DNA from: Bacteroidia bacterium
Lineage (GTDB): Bacteria > Bacteroidota > Bacteroidia > UBA7662
Reading direction: 5' to 3'
NCBI GenBank assembly: GCA_049431025.1
Contig: JBMTCP010000008.1
Location: 7,105 to 71,104, forward strand
DNA length: 64,000 bases
Positions 38,515 through 48,698 of the stretch are shown in pieces. A program made the position numbers and the translations under genes. A model generated the notes under the pieces. It saw only the letters and a list, made by a program, of their open reading frames with translations. It did not search any database and was not told the origin of the DNA. Position 1 is the stretch's first letter. Each line of letters begins with the position of its first letter.

Positions 38515-40293
38515 ATGCTACGAACCCACCGCTGCGATGAATTGAACCTGGCCCATGCGGGCCAAAGCGTAACCCTCTGCGGATGGGTGAGCAAAATCAG
38601 GGATAAGGGGGGCTTGATTTGGGTGGATTTGAGGGACCGTTATGGGATAACCCAATTGGTGGCCGAAGAAGGTGTTTGTGCTCAGGATGTTTTGGAACGT
38701 ATGCGATCCCTCGGTAGGGAATTCGTGGTACGCGCCACAGGTCTCGTGGTGGAACGCCATAACAAAAACCCCAACCTCCAAACAGGAGAAATCGAAATTC
38801 GGATGCATGCCCTCGAGATACTCAATGCGTCGGCCTTACCTCCTTTTTTGATCGAAGACGAAACCGACGGCGGAGAAGATCTGCGCATGCAATTTCGTTA
38901 TTTGGATATTCGCCGCAATCCGGTACGGTCCAAGCTGGAATTGCGTCACCGCATGGCCCAAGAGGTGCGTAAATATCTTGATAGTCATTCGTTTATAGAA
39001 GTTGAGACCCCCGTTTTGATCAAAACAACCCCCGAGGGTGCCCGTGATTTTGTCGTCCCATCGCGGATGCATCCCGGGCAGTTTTATGCCTTGCCCCAAT
39101 CCCCCCAAACGTTCAAACAATTGTTGATGGTCGGGGGGCTTGATCGGTATTTTCAGATCGTTAAATGTTTTCGTGATGAAGATTTAAGGGCCGATCGTCA
39201 ACCTGAATTCACCCAGATTGACTGCGAAATGTCTTTTGTTGAGCGTTCGGATATTTTGGCCATGTTTGAAGGCCTGTTTCGACACCTCTTCTTGCAGGTT
39301 AAGGGCCTGGACATCGGGGAAATCCCGGTGATGACCTATGCCGACGCCATGCTTCTTTACGGTAACGACAAACCGGATTTGCGTTGGACGGCCCCTCTGT
39401 TGACCCTCAAGGGGGGACAGGCTTTTGGAGCAGCTCCCTGGGCCGGGTTGGGTGTTGAAGGTGTGGGTTTTGGGGTTTTTGAAGAGGCCGAAGCCGTGAT
39501 AGGGGTTCCGGTGCCCGGAGGCGCTAACTGGACGCGCAAGGAATTGGACGCCTTAACCGACTGGGTCAAAAGGCCACAAATCGGCATGAAGGGCATGGTT
39601 TGGATGCGCTGCGAAAGCGAAGACGGGAATTACCGCTCATCAGTGGATAAATTTTATAGCACTGAACATTTGAAGACCTGGATGCAAGCAGCGAATTTGG
39701 GCAAGGGGGATTTGATGTTGGTCTTGGCGGGGCCAGAGGGCTTAACCCGCAAAGCTGCCGCGGAGTTACGCCTTGAAATAGGACAACGCCTGGGCCTTCG
39801 TTCCCCCGATGTTTACCGTGCGCTGTGGGTGGTGGATTTTCCTTTGTTGGATTGGGATGAAGAAAGCGGGCGCTGGGTCGCCATGCACCATCCGTTTACA
39901 TCGCCATTGCCCGAGGATAGGGCTTTGATGCAAAGCGAACCGGGCAAGGTGCGGGCCAATGCCTACGATATGGTTTTGAACGGAACGGAAATAGGCGGAG
40001 GCTCCATTCGTATTCACGACAAAACCTTACAGGCCAGGCTGTTTGAGCTGCTGGGCTTTGAGGCCGAAGACGCTCAGGCCAAGTTCGGGTTTTTGCTTAA
40101 AGCTTTTGAATACGGTGCGCCGCCCCACGGCGGCATTGCATTTGGATTCGATCGGCTTTGTGCCTTGTTTGGTGGACAGGAAAGCATCCGCGACTTTATC
40201 GCCTTTCCCAAAAACAACGCAGGCCGCGATGTGATGATCGATGCCCCTTCGGGCATAGACCCCATTCAGCGCAAAGAACTGGGACTGCCGTAA
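38515..40293 (+). CDS. aspS: aspartate--tRNA ligase
   Basis: 592 aa. Class II aaRS motifs ([43 protein letters not shown]). Confidence 0.93.
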   Translation: MLRTHRCDELNLAHAGQSVTLCGWVSKIRDKGGLIWVDLRDRYGITQLVAEEGVCAQDVLERMRSLGREFVVRATGLVVERHNKNPNLQTGEIEIRMHALEILNASALPPFLIEDETDGGEDLRMQFRYLDIRRNPVRSKLELRHRMAQEVRKYLDSHSFIEVETPVLIKTTPEGARDFVVPSRMHPGQFYALPQSPQTFKQLLMVGGLDRYFQIVKCFRDEDLRADRQPEFTQIDCEMSFVERSDILAMFEGLFRHLFLQVKGLDIGEIPVMTYADAMLLYGNDKPDLRWTAPLLTLKGGQAFGAAPWAGLGVEGVGFGVFEEAEAVIGVPVPGGANWTRKELDALTDWVKRPQIGMKGMVWMRCESEDGNYRSSVDKFYSTEHLKTWMQAANLGKGDLMLVLAGPEGLTRKAAAELRLEIGQRLGLRSPDVYRALWVVDFPLLDWDEESGRWVAMHHPFTSPLPEDRALMQSEPGKVRANAYDMVLNGTEIGGGSIRIHDKTLQARLFELLGFEAEDAQAKFGFLLKAFEYGAPPHGGIAFGFDRLCALFGGQESIRDFIAFPKNNAGRDVMIDAPSGIDPIQRKELGLP

Positions 40294-41021
40294 ACGGCAC
40301 GAACCCGCTGAAGGTCATCGGGATTATCCACCCCCGAAGGCAGAGGCTCGCTGAGCCTGAGCATGTGGATAGGAATGCCGTGGTGCAAAAAGCGCAATTG
40401 CTCGAGTTTTTCGGCTTCCTCGGAAGGGGCGGGCTGTAGCCTTGTAAATTCCAAAAGCCGGGATGGACGGTAAGCGTAAAGGCCCGCATGCATGAAGCGC
40501 TCAGGCGGGCTATCGGAATCCAAACGTTGAACCGGAATGGGGGCCCGCGAAAAATAAAGCGCCCGATCGCGGGCATCCAGGACCACTTTGACCCGATCCG
40601 GGTTATGAACGTCCTCGGTTTCGGGCCAAGGGCAACAAGCCGAAGCAACCTGAACATCAGCGTCTTGGAACAGGGCCACCAATCTATCCAAAGCGGAGGC
40701 GGGGATCAAGGGTTCATCCCCCTGAACATTGACGACGACATCGTAAATTGGTGTTAAGGAGAGGGACTCCAGGGCTTCTGCCAGGCGATCGCTTCCGCTG
40801 TGGTGTACGCGCGTTGAAAGAACGGCGTAACCCCCGTGTTGCGTTACGACCTCCAGAATTTCATCCGAATCTGTAACAACGATCACTTTATCGAAACATG
40901 TGGCCCGCTGTACCGCCTCCAGAGTTCGAACAATCAAGGGCTTACCTCCCAAGTCGGCAAGCATTTTGCGGGGGAGACGGGAGGACTCTAAACGCGCGGG
41001 GATGAGGGCGATCGCGGACAT
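40266..41021 (-). CDS. kdsB: 3-deoxy-manno-octulosonate cytidylyltransferase (CMP-Kdo synthetase)
   Basis: N-terminal [15 protein letters not shown] motif; 251 aa. The 3-prime end overlaps convergent aspS by 28 nt. Confidence 0.88.
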   Translation of the reverse strand: MSAIALIPARLESSRLPRKMLADLGGKPLIVRTLEAVQRATCFDKVIVVTDSDEILEVVTQHGGYAVLSTRVHHSGSDRLAEALESLSLTPIYDVVVNVQGDEPLIPASALDRLVALFQDADVQVASACCPWPETEDVHNPDRVKVVLDARDRALYFSRAPIPVQRLDSDSPPERFMHAGLYAYRPSRLLEFTRLQPAPSEEAEKLEQLRFLHHGIPIHMLRLSEPLPSGVDNPDDLQRVRAVYGSPSSLR

Positions 41022-41028
41022 AGGGTTT

Positions 41029-41520
41029 TTAGGAAGGACGTTGGAGATCCAAGAACATCCGGGTATGCCAAAGCCCCACCTCCATAAGAGGTTCGTGGTA
41101 GGCGCGGTAACCCAGTTTATCGTAGAATCTTACCGCTTGGGGCCGGGCATGCAGAAAAACAAGGCGGGCATTAGGCTGATCACGAAGCCAATTTTGGGTG
41201 TGCAGGACCAATTGCCGGCCCAAACCCAGGCCCTGGAAGCTGGGTTTCACGGCTACTTGTCGCATTTGATAGGCCTCCCCTGCGGTATAGTTTTGGGGAA
41301 GTACCGAATGGGTTGAGGCAGGTCGCAGGACCAAACAGGCCAAGACCTCGCCTTCTTCGCTAAATCCCGCCCAATGAATCGAATCTTGTTCGTTATCGAG
41401 ATCGTTCAGGTTAAAATGCAGACCCAGCGGTTCTCGTAATATATCGTAACGAAGAGCTACGGTAAGGGCGTAAGCGCAAGAACCCCACCCCACTTTTTGA
41501 AAATTAAGTTTTGGACCCAT
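41029..41520 (-). CDS. GNAT family N-acetyltransferase
   Basis: Acetyl-CoA binding motif QVAVKPSFQGLGLGRQLV; 163 aa. Confidence 0.75.
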   Translation of the reverse strand: MGPKLNFQKVGWGSCAYALTVALRYDILREPLGLHFNLNDLDNEQDSIHWAGFSEEGEVLACLVLRPASTHSVLPQNYTAGEAYQMRQVAVKPSFQGLGLGRQLVLHTQNWLRDQPNARLVFLHARPQAVRFYDKLGYRAYHEPLMEVGLWHTRMFLDLQRPS

Positions 41521-42607
41521 CTTCGTGTACCGTTACCATGGTTCGGGTGGGGAAGGCAAAATCCGTAGGGTATTGGTTGACGATGGCAAAGATTCCAAAA
41601 TTGATTTCTTCGCGAACCGCGAGGTATTCGTTGTAATCCGGAGTTTTGACGAGGTAAATAATCTGCAAATCCAAGGAGCTTTCGCCGTATCCATAAAAGG
41701 AAACCACCGGGTTTTCGTCAATCATGGGGTGTTGGTTAAGCAGGGCTTTGGTATCGCGAATCACCGCCTTAAGGGTATCGGGGCTTGTTTGGTACACCAG
41801 GCCCAATTGGAAGGAGGCCCGTCGGTGGGTGCTTTCGGTGATGTTGTTCAAAGGCTCGGTAACCAAGGCTTTGTTAGGAACCGTAACAAAGGATTTATCC
41901 AATGTTCGGAGCCGTGTGGAGCGGAAGCCTACCTTCTCTACCGTTCCTGTAATCCCCTTAAATTCAATGGTATCTCCGACGGTGAAGGGCTTATCCAAAA
42001 AGATGGTGAAGGAGCCCAGCAAATTCGCCAAACTTTCCTGGGCCGCCAAGGCTACCGCCAAACCCCCAATCCCCAGACCACCAACAAGGGCTGCAATATT
42101 GGCCTGAAAAACAATCCCGATAACAAATAAAAAAGCGGATAAAATAACCCCCACCTTGATGCCGTCCTTGATGTAGGGCACCCATTGGTCTTGGGTTTTT
42201 TCAGGGTTTTGGGCAGCTTTTTGTTGCCAGACCTTCGCCACAAAATCGGCGACTTTCAGCAGGGTTTTGGCTGCGTACCAGACCAGGCCCAACTGAAGGA
42301 AAATTTCGATATAGAAATGAATTCGTATGGGTTTGCCAAACCAAACAACCCGCAAGGGTATGCTTAATACCATAAAGGCCACAAAGAGCGCGACCAAGAG
42401 GAGGAAGCGCCGCAAGGGGCGGCCGGTTAGCTCGTGAAAGTGGCGGCGACGCTCGGCGCTTTTCTCGCTGAAAATCCTATAAACCAGCGCATTAATTAAA
42501 CCCGCCAAAGGACGGTTAAAAAACAGCATGAAAGTCAGGACCCCAAGAGCCAGGGCCCATTGGAACAGGGTTTGGCCCGCCCAGGATTGCTGCAAAAGGG
42601 TATTCAT
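41504..42607 (-). CDS. mechanosensitive ion channel family protein (MscS-like)
   Basis: TM helices plus a conserved MscS beta domain (FTVGDTIEFKGITGTVEKVGFRSTRLRTLD). Confidence 0.85.
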   Translation of the reverse strand: MNTLLQQSWAGQTLFQWALALGVLTFMLFFNRPLAGLINALVYRIFSEKSAERRRHFHELTGRPLRRFLLLVALFVAFMVLSIPLRVVWFGKPIRIHFYIEIFLQLGLVWYAAKTLLKVADFVAKVWQQKAAQNPEKTQDQWVPYIKDGIKVGVILSAFLFVIGIVFQANIAALVGGLGIGGLAVALAAQESLANLLGSFTIFLDKPFTVGDTIEFKGITGTVEKVGFRSTRLRTLDKSFVTVPNKALVTEPLNNITESTHRRASFQLGLVYQTSPDTLKAVIRDTKALLNQHPMIDENPVVSFYGYGESSLDLQIIYLVKTPDYNEYLAVREEINFGIFAIVNQYPTDFAFPTRTMVTVHEDGSKT

Positions 42608-42611
42608 GGGA

Positions 42612-43967
42612 TTAGGATGGGTTCGAAGAAAGGGGTTGTAATTGGTCCAGTGCTTTGCGATAACCCTCCCAACATAGACCCGTCATCAAGGTCCTGTCTT
42701 GGGGTAAGCAACCCAAAACGGCTTGTCGGATAGTTCGCGCCACGTCATCAAAAATATCCCCGGCCTGCATGCCCGGTTCATCCTGCATCAGGTAGGCAAA
42801 TACCCGGGCCATTCCGCAATTGGCCACAAAATCGGGAATCACAGCGATACGTTCATCCACCGAACGAGCAATCGGGCCCATAAAAATTTCGGGATCCGCG
42901 AAAGGCACATTTGCACCGCAGGAAACGAGGTTTAACCCTTTGTCAATCAAAGAGTTTATCTGTACACCTGTAACCAGCCTGGAAGCCGCAGCCGGCACAA
43001 AAACATCGGCGCTTTGGGACCAAAAGAGGGGTGCGGCTTCTTGATGGGGAAGGCAGGCGATGGAATCGGGGTTGAGGGCATTGCCGCGGCGCATAAGGAG
43101 CAAACGGCGACAGGATTCCAGGTCCAGAGGAGAATCTGTTCCCGCTACCCAGCCGTATTCGCGGTCCAAAATGCCTTGAATTTTCATCCCCGCATAACAC
43201 AAGTAATAGGCTGCGGTGGCGGCGACATTACCCCAACCCTGGATCAGGACGAGGCGATTTTGGAAGGAGGGATGTCCCTCCAAAACCCAGGAACCCCCGG
43301 AAGGTTGGGGGGTGCCGGCCTGGGCGGCGTAATAGGCGAGCACCGATTCGGCCACACCCCATCCTGTGATCAGGTCGGCGATGGTCATGGTGGGCAACGG
43401 ATCGAGGCCGGCACCGGGCAAGCTGTTGTGGGCCGGGGTGTACCAAGGATCGGTCACCGGCAGGCTAACCCCTTCCCGCAATTGAGCCAGGCGCTTTTCG
43501 CGGAGGTGTCGTCCGTAGTGGCCTTGGACCACCCCCTGTTGAGGATGCTGGAGGTCGTTCGCCAAGGTATAGGGAATGACCTCATGGATTTCGTCAACGT
43601 TGAGGTCGCCACCGGTTCCATAAAAATTTTTGAGTAGAGGGTCCAAAGCCTTGTACCAGCGTTTGAGGACTTGGTCTTTGCGGGGGTCCGCTGGGTCAAA
43701 ATCAATTCCTGATTTGGCACCACCAATGGCCGGTCCCGAAACGGTAAATTTGATCTCCATCGTTTTGGCCAGGGACTCCACCTCACGCCGGTCCAAACCA
43801 CGACGCATTCGGGTCCCGCCACCGGCAGCCCCACCCCGAAGGGAATTCAGTACAGCCCAGCCGCGTGCCCCTGTGGGAGCGTCGTTCCATTCAAAGACAA
43901 TTTCGGGAGCTTGGTTTTCGAAAGCCTGAAGGCGTTCAAGGATAGGGTTTTCCGTCATGGATTTCAA
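42612..43967 (-). CDS. Glu/Leu/Phe/Val dehydrogenase family protein
   Basis: GGAKSGI catalytic-lysine region and a Rossmann-like second domain; 451 aa. Substrate not assignable. Confidence 0.55.
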   Translation of the reverse strand: MKSMTENPILERLQAFENQAPEIVFEWNDAPTGARGWAVLNSLRGGAAGGGTRMRRGLDRREVESLAKTMEIKFTVSGPAIGGAKSGIDFDPADPRKDQVLKRWYKALDPLLKNFYGTGGDLNVDEIHEVIPYTLANDLQHPQQGVVQGHYGRHLREKRLAQLREGVSLPVTDPWYTPAHNSLPGAGLDPLPTMTIADLITGWGVAESVLAYYAAQAGTPQPSGGSWVLEGHPSFQNRLVLIQGWGNVAATAAYYLCYAGMKIQGILDREYGWVAGTDSPLDLESCRRLLLMRRGNALNPDSIACLPHQEAAPLFWSQSADVFVPAAASRLVTGVQINSLIDKGLNLVSCGANVPFADPEIFMGPIARSVDERIAVIPDFVANCGMARVFAYLMQDEPGMQAGDIFDDVARTIRQAVLGCLPQDRTLMTGLCWEGYRKALDQLQPLSSNPS

Positions 43968-44008
43968 AGCAGGAGGGGTAAGACCCGCGCTTTCAAAGAT
44001 AGGGAGGC

Positions 44009-44740
44009 TTAGTTCAAGCGCAAAAGCTGATTTTCCAACTCCACGATTCGAGGAAAAAGCTCTTGGGCCTCTCGGTCTTCGTGGGCCATCCAGACCTGCC
44101 CAAAAGCCTGTAAATCGTTCACCAAGCGACTCTTGGATTCCGAAGAGGGATCTTCTTGGAGAAGAATTCGTGCCTTGTTCAACATGTGTTGGAACACTTC
44201 AAATAAAACATCGACCTCCAGGTCATCGGTCAGGGCATGGTTCTGCATGGCCTCCAGGCATAGGGTATGCGATAATTCCCCGGCAACTCCCCGATTAAGA
44301 AGCTGCAGGTAGGGAAACCATTCTTCTTCCTCCAGCAAAAAGTGGCAAGCAATCTCCGCAGCAAGTAGTTGGAAATCATCCGCAAAGATCTCAAAAGCAG
44401 GATCACTATCCAAGCTATGGCGAAGATCCCTGACTCCTTGTCCCAGCAGATGGGCATGATCAGCACGGAGGGAATTGATCAGTCGAGGTATATCCGCGTC
44501 CATTCCAGTTTGAGCGGCCTCCCAGGAGCCACTTTCCCCGTTAACCAAGAAATTCAATAGCATCATAGGCTCCCATCCAATGCTTTGGGCGACCTGCTCC
44601 ACCGTAAGGCAATCGGTTACCGCCGGGGGTGGCACACCAAGGCGCTCCAATTCGGCCCCTGCCGTGGGCAAAACCATCAACAAATCGCAAATATTGGATT
44701 CGGGCCGCCACGAAGGCAGGGTCGGGGTCCGGGCGCTCAT
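44009..44740 (-). CDS. hemerythrin-like di-iron domain protein, RIC/ScdA-like (variant lacking the CCGG motif)
   Basis: HFLLEEEEWFPYL resembles the RIC/YtfE hemerythrin motif (H...EE..LFP). The N-terminal domain resembles ScdA_N but reads PPPAVTDCL where the canonical DYCCGG would be. Confidence 0.45.
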   Translation of the reverse strand: MSARTPTLPSWRPESNICDLLMVLPTAGAELERLGVPPPAVTDCLTVEQVAQSIGWEPMMLLNFLVNGESGSWEAAQTGMDADIPRLINSLRADHAHLLGQGVRDLRHSLDSDPAFEIFADDFQLLAAEIACHFLLEEEEWFPYLQLLNRGVAGELSHTLCLEAMQNHALTDDLEVDVLFEVFQHMLNKARILLQEDPSSESKSRLVNDLQAFGQVWMAHEDREAQELFPRIVELENQLLRLN

Positions 44741-44831
44741 GCAATCAAATCGTACTCTATTAAGACCCCTAACCGACCAAAAGGTTTTGATTGGCCAGGG
44801 GTTTTACCTTTGTGGCCCAGTCGCCCTATCT

Positions 44832-45668
44832 ATGCCTCCTTCCAACCCTTTTTTGGCTAACTCGTCCTTGTGGCATGTTTTGGAACTTGGTGAAGGCGAA
44901 CCCCTAGTTGTTTTGCACGGGGTTTTTGGGTCCGGAGATAATTGGTTGAGCATTGGGCGGCGTTTGGAGTCCCAATTCAAAATTTACTTACCCGATCAAC
45001 GAAATCACGGAAAATCTTTCCAATCCACGGAATTCAGCTACGATCTCTTGGCCGAGGATTTGAGGCAATGGATGGATTTCAAGGGCCTGAACACGGTCCA
45101 TCTCCTGGGCCATTCGATGGGGGGCAAAGCCGCCATGCGCTTTGCGGCTCTGGCACCGGAACGCCTTCGCAGTTTGGTGGTCGTGGACATCGCCCGTAGA
45201 GCCTACCGCCTCGACACTCACCGGGGTATGCTTGAGGCCATGAAGGCCTTGGATTTGGATGCTTGCCGTACCCGCTCCGATTTGGATAGGGCGCTTCAAC
45301 CCTCTGTTCCTGAGGAAAGCACGCGCTTGTTCATTCTCAAAAATATCGAGCGAGATTCTACGGGCTCTTTTCGATGGCGAATTGCTTTGGACCCTTTGCT
45401 GCATGCGTTGGAAGCTATAGGAACGGCCCTCGAAAATCACGAACCCCTTCAAGTACCGTGTTTGGTGTTACGGGGAAGTGAATCCGGCTATGTAAACGAT
45501 GTAGATTTTGAATCCATCCAGACCAATTTTCCCCAGAGCCGCTTGGTGACCATACAGGGCGCCGGTCATTGGGTGCATGCCGATCGACCCACGGAATTAA
45601 CCCAAGCCTTGATGGATTTTTGGGCTCCTTGGATCCCATCCAAAAACCAAAACCATGCCACGTCCTAA
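44832..45668 (+). CDS. alpha/beta hydrolase fold protein
   Basis: Nucleophile elbow GHSMGG and HG oxyanion motif (LHGVFGSG). The start was taken at ATG 44832; the ORF extends upstream to 44580. Confidence 0.75.
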   Translation: MPPSNPFLANSSLWHVLELGEGEPLVVLHGVFGSGDNWLSIGRRLESQFKIYLPDQRNHGKSFQSTEFSYDLLAEDLRQWMDFKGLNTVHLLGHSMGGKAAMRFAALAPERLRSLVVVDIARRAYRLDTHRGMLEAMKALDLDACRTRSDLDRALQPSVPEESTRLFILKNIERDSTGSFRWRIALDPLLHALEAIGTALENHEPLQVPCLVLRGSESGYVNDVDFESIQTNFPQSRLVTIQGAGHWVHADRPTELTQALMDFWAPWIPSKNQNHATS

Positions 45669-47079
45669 ACCCAAACCCATGCCCGTTGTTGAATGCACCG
45701 TTACCGGTATGGGTGAGGACGGGTTGGGGGTGGCCAAAACCGAAACCAAGGTGCTTTTTGTGGAGGGGGGCCTTCCCGGAGATCGGGTTGAGGTTCAGGT
45801 TTTTCGTCAAAAACCCCGGTACATGGTGGGCCGGGTCCTTAGGCTTCTGGAACCTTCCCCGCACCGGGTTGAGCCGGTTTGCCGTCATTTTGGGCTTTGC
45901 GGGGGTTGTAAATGGCAAAATTTGGCGTACGAAACCCAACTTTTTTATAAGGCGGGTCAAGTTCGCGATGCTTTGGCTCGCCTGGGCGGTTTGGATTTGA
46001 GTCAAGTGGAGATCCACGAGCCTCTGGGCGCGCCCCGAACATACGCTTTCCGTAACAAATTAGAATTTACATTCACCAACCGACGTTGGCTTCATGCCGA
46101 AGAAATGGGCGATGAGTCCCTGAATCGCAACGGCTTGGGATTTCATTTGCCCGGTCGCTTCGAGAGGGTGGTTCATCTCGATGAATGTCATCTGATGCAT
46201 CCCCTCATGAATGAAATTCGGGAGGCTTTTTATCAAACTGCGCTGGAACAAAACCTTACCTTTTACGATGTCCGTCAGCGCAGCGGTTACCTGCGGAATT
46301 TGATGATTCGTAACACAACCCAAGGGGAATGGATGGTTTTGTTATCGGTCTCCGAGGATCAACCCTCGGCCTTGGCCGCCCTGATGGATAGGGTTCATGA
46401 GCGGGTTCCTGCCGTCCAAAACCTCTTGTACACGGTGAATACCAAGGCCAACGATAGCCTTGAGGGCTTGGATATACAGGTTTACAAGGGTCAGAACCGG
46501 GTTGTGCAGGTCTGGGATGGCCTGTCCTTTGGGATATCGGCCTCATCGTTTTTCCAGACGAATCCCGAGCAGGCCGAAGCTATGCTCCGTTTGGTACGGG
46601 AATGGTGCGGATTGAAAGGCCACGAATTGGTTTATGATTTGTACACCGGAACCGGGAGCATTGCGCTCTTTTTGGCCAGGCAAGCCGGTCGAGTAGTCGG
46701 CATTGAATACGTCGAAGCAGCCGTCCAAGATGCGCGTCAAAACGCAATGTCCAACCAAATTTATAACACTGAATTTTTTGCCGGCGATATGGCCGCTCTG
46801 TTGAAGCGTGAATTCTTTGATGCTCACGGATACCCGGACGTGGTGGTGGTGGACCCACCGCGGGCGGGAATGCATGCCGATGTGGTCGAGGCCCTCAAAG
46901 GATGTGGTGCCGAACGATTGGTTTACGTGTCCTGCAATGCTGCAACACAGGCCAGGGATTTACAGGCTTTATCCGACACCTACCGCCTCCTTCGTTACCG
47001 TCCGGTGGATCTCTTTCCCCAGACCGCCCATATCGAAAACCTTGCTCTATTGGAGCGAATAAACCGAGATAACCCATGA
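45655..47079 (+). CDS. rlmD: 23S rRNA (uracil-5-)-methyltransferase RlmD/RumA family
   Basis: TRAM domain, Fe-S Cys cluster (CRHFGLCGGCKWQ), and C-terminal SAM MTase motifs (DLYTGTGSIALFLA, VVVDPPRAG). Confidence 0.85.
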   Translation: MPRPKPKPMPVVECTVTGMGEDGLGVAKTETKVLFVEGGLPGDRVEVQVFRQKPRYMVGRVLRLLEPSPHRVEPVCRHFGLCGGCKWQNLAYETQLFYKAGQVRDALARLGGLDLSQVEIHEPLGAPRTYAFRNKLEFTFTNRRWLHAEEMGDESLNRNGLGFHLPGRFERVVHLDECHLMHPLMNEIREAFYQTALEQNLTFYDVRQRSGYLRNLMIRNTTQGEWMVLLSVSEDQPSALAALMDRVHERVPAVQNLLYTVNTKANDSLEGLDIQVYKGQNRVVQVWDGLSFGISASSFFQTNPEQAEAMLRLVREWCGLKGHELVYDLYTGTGSIALFLARQAGRVVGIEYVEAAVQDARQNAMSNQIYNTEFFAGDMAALLKREFFDAHGYPDVVVVDPPRAGMHADVVEALKGCGAERLVYVSCNAATQARDLQALSDTYRLLRYRPVDLFPQTAHIENLALLERINRDNP

Positions 47080-47468
47080 GTTCCGACGAAAATTCCCTCA
47101 CGCCTTTACCCTTGGAGGATCTCCAAAAAGACCTGGGGTATTATGCCACGTATTTGCAAGGGATAGCCCACGAAATCCTGGACAGCGGGACTTCCAAATA
47201 CCCGGTTTTTGTGGCATATTCTATCGGTTTACCCGATTTGGGAAGGCCCCTTTTGGATCACCGGCAATTGGATACCCGATGGAGCATACGGGTTTCGGTT
47301 ATGGAGGAATTTGTTCGCAAATCGATCCTTAGCCGCGAACAGTTCCAGGTCTTCAAACAAAGCTGGAAAGACCCCAACGATTTTATGTGCGTTTTTGTGG
47401 CGGATCCTCAGCAGGCTGTTTTTGTTTATTTTCCGTATCCTACCCCCGAAGAAGGGGATGATCTTTGA
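47076..47468 (+). CDS. hypothetical protein
   Basis: 130-aa ORF with ATGA overlap to rlmD; no motif recognised. Confidence 0.4.
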   Translation: MSSDENSLTPLPLEDLQKDLGYYATYLQGIAHEILDSGTSKYPVFVAYSIGLPDLGRPLLDHRQLDTRWSIRVSVMEEFVRKSILSREQFQVFKQSWKDPNDFMCVFVADPQQAVFVYFPYPTPEEGDDL

Positions 47469-47970
47469 AGCCGTGGTTCACGATTCGTCCTCTACGGATT
47501 TGAAGCAGCCCCGGCTGGGTCCTGCTTATCGTTTTTTGTTTCCGATTTATCTGTTGTTCCAGTTGCCCTTGGCCTGGGTTGCGGGCCTTCGTTTGGTCTC
47601 TTTGGAACAGGGTCGTTGCGTGGTGCGTATGCGGCATCGCTTTTGGAACAAGAACCCTTTTGGGTCCATGTACTTTGCGGCGATGGCGATGGGGGCTGAA
47701 ATGTCCACCGGATTACCGGCCTATGTTTTTTTGCGCCAAAACCGCAAGAGTGTGAGCCTGCTTTTGGCCGGAATGGAAGCCGATTACCACAAAAAAGCCG
47801 TCGGAAGGTTAACCTTCGAATTCGAAGACCAAGGCGAATTGCTTCAGGCTTTGGGTAACCTGAAACGTAGCGGTGATGCTTGCCGCATCGTTTTGGTATC
47901 GCGCTGTTACGATGCCTCAAAACAATTGATGGCTGAATTTCGTTTTACTTGGACCTTCAGGCAGCGCTGA
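47455..47970 (+). CDS. hypothetical protein (DUF4442/hotdog thioesterase-like?)
   Basis: 171 aa from the internal ATG. Family assignment is tentative, from overall resemblance only. Confidence 0.4.
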   Translation, partial: GMIFEAVVHDSSSTDLKQPRLGPAYRFLFPIYLLFQLPLAWVAGLRLVSLEQGRCVVRMRHRFWNKNPFGSMYFAAMAMGAEMSTGLPAYVFLRQNRKSVSLLLAGMEADYHKKAVGRLTFEFEDQGELLQALGNLKRSGDACRIVLVSRCYDASKQLMAEFRFTWTFRQR

Positions 47971-47996
47971 TACCGGCCAACCAGAGGGCATAACCC

Positions 47997-48563
47997 ATGT
48001 CCAACCAACGTTTTCTTTTTGCCCCAGGCATTGCACTTAGCTTAGGAATCGCCTTGGCGGTGGGCGGCTCCTGGACTTTTTTACAACCCCTTTTTATGAA
48101 CCACGAATCAACCGATTTTCAGGCTATGGATACAACGGCCTTACCTCAGGGCCCGGATAGCAGCACGGAATGGACTCAAAAGACCGACGAGGAATGGAAG
48201 CAACGCCTAAGCCCTGAAGAGTACAGGGTTTTGCGCAGGCAAGGAACCGAACGGCCTCATACCGGGGTTTATGATCAGCATTGGGAGGCCGGAACCTATG
48301 TGTGCAAAGGTTGTGGTGCTGAATTGTTTCGTTCCGAAACCAAATTTGACGCCGGTTGCGGTTGGCCTTCTTTTTACGAGGGTATAGCCAAGGACCGTAT
48401 CCGGGAATTACGGGATATCAGCCACGGGATGATCCGCCTAGAGGTGCGTTGCGCTCGCTGTGATGGGCATTTGGGCCATGTTTTTGACGACGGACCCCGC
48501 CCCACCGGTCTACGGTATTGCATTAATTCCGTCAGCCTGGGATTCAAGAAGGCAGAGCCTTAA
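47997..48563 (+). CDS. msrB: peptide-methionine (R)-S-oxide reductase MsrB, secreted
   Basis: Signal peptide. Two CxxC zinc motifs ([21 protein letters not shown]) and the catalytic RYCINS motif. Confidence 0.88.
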   Translation: MSNQRFLFAPGIALSLGIALAVGGSWTFLQPLFMNHESTDFQAMDTTALPQGPDSSTEWTQKTDEEWKQRLSPEEYRVLRRQGTERPHTGVYDQHWEAGTYVCKGCGAELFRSETKFDAGCGWPSFYEGIAKDRIRELRDISHGMIRLEVRCARCDGHLGHVFDDGPRPTGLRYCINSVSLGFKKAEP

Positions 48564-48566
48564 ATA

Positions 48567-48590
48567 CCGGAGCCTCCGGGGGATCGTTTG
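48567..48590. terminator. short GC hairpin CCGGAG-C-CTCCGG after msrB, between convergent genes (weak terminator candidate)
   Basis: Perfect 6-bp inverted repeat read from the sequence. The downstream T-run is poor (CGTTTGG). Confidence 0.25.
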
Positions 48591-48622
48591 GACTTAATGG
48601 CCCCCTTCTTGGTGACCTAGAC

Positions 48623-48698
48623 GGTCTTGGTCGTGCAGAGTTTATTCGTGCAAATCCTGGTCGTCCAGAATTTCTTCGTGTAAATCCTGGTCGTGCAG
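48623..48698. repeat. imperfect roughly 30-bp tandem direct repeats (TTCGTG[C/T]AAATCCTGGTCGT[C/G]CAG) at the 3-prime coding end of the amidohydrolase gene
   Basis: Read directly from the sequence. They encode an acidic His-containing C-terminal tail: DLGGLHDQDLHEEILDDQDLHE. Confidence 0.5.

Noticed and set aside
48623-48698. Possible CRISPR-like spacing of repeated ATCCTGGTCGTGCAG units
   Set aside because: There are only two to three imperfect copies with about 30-bp period inside a coding sequence, no cas genes and no unique spacers. They are coding tandem repeats, not a CRISPR array.
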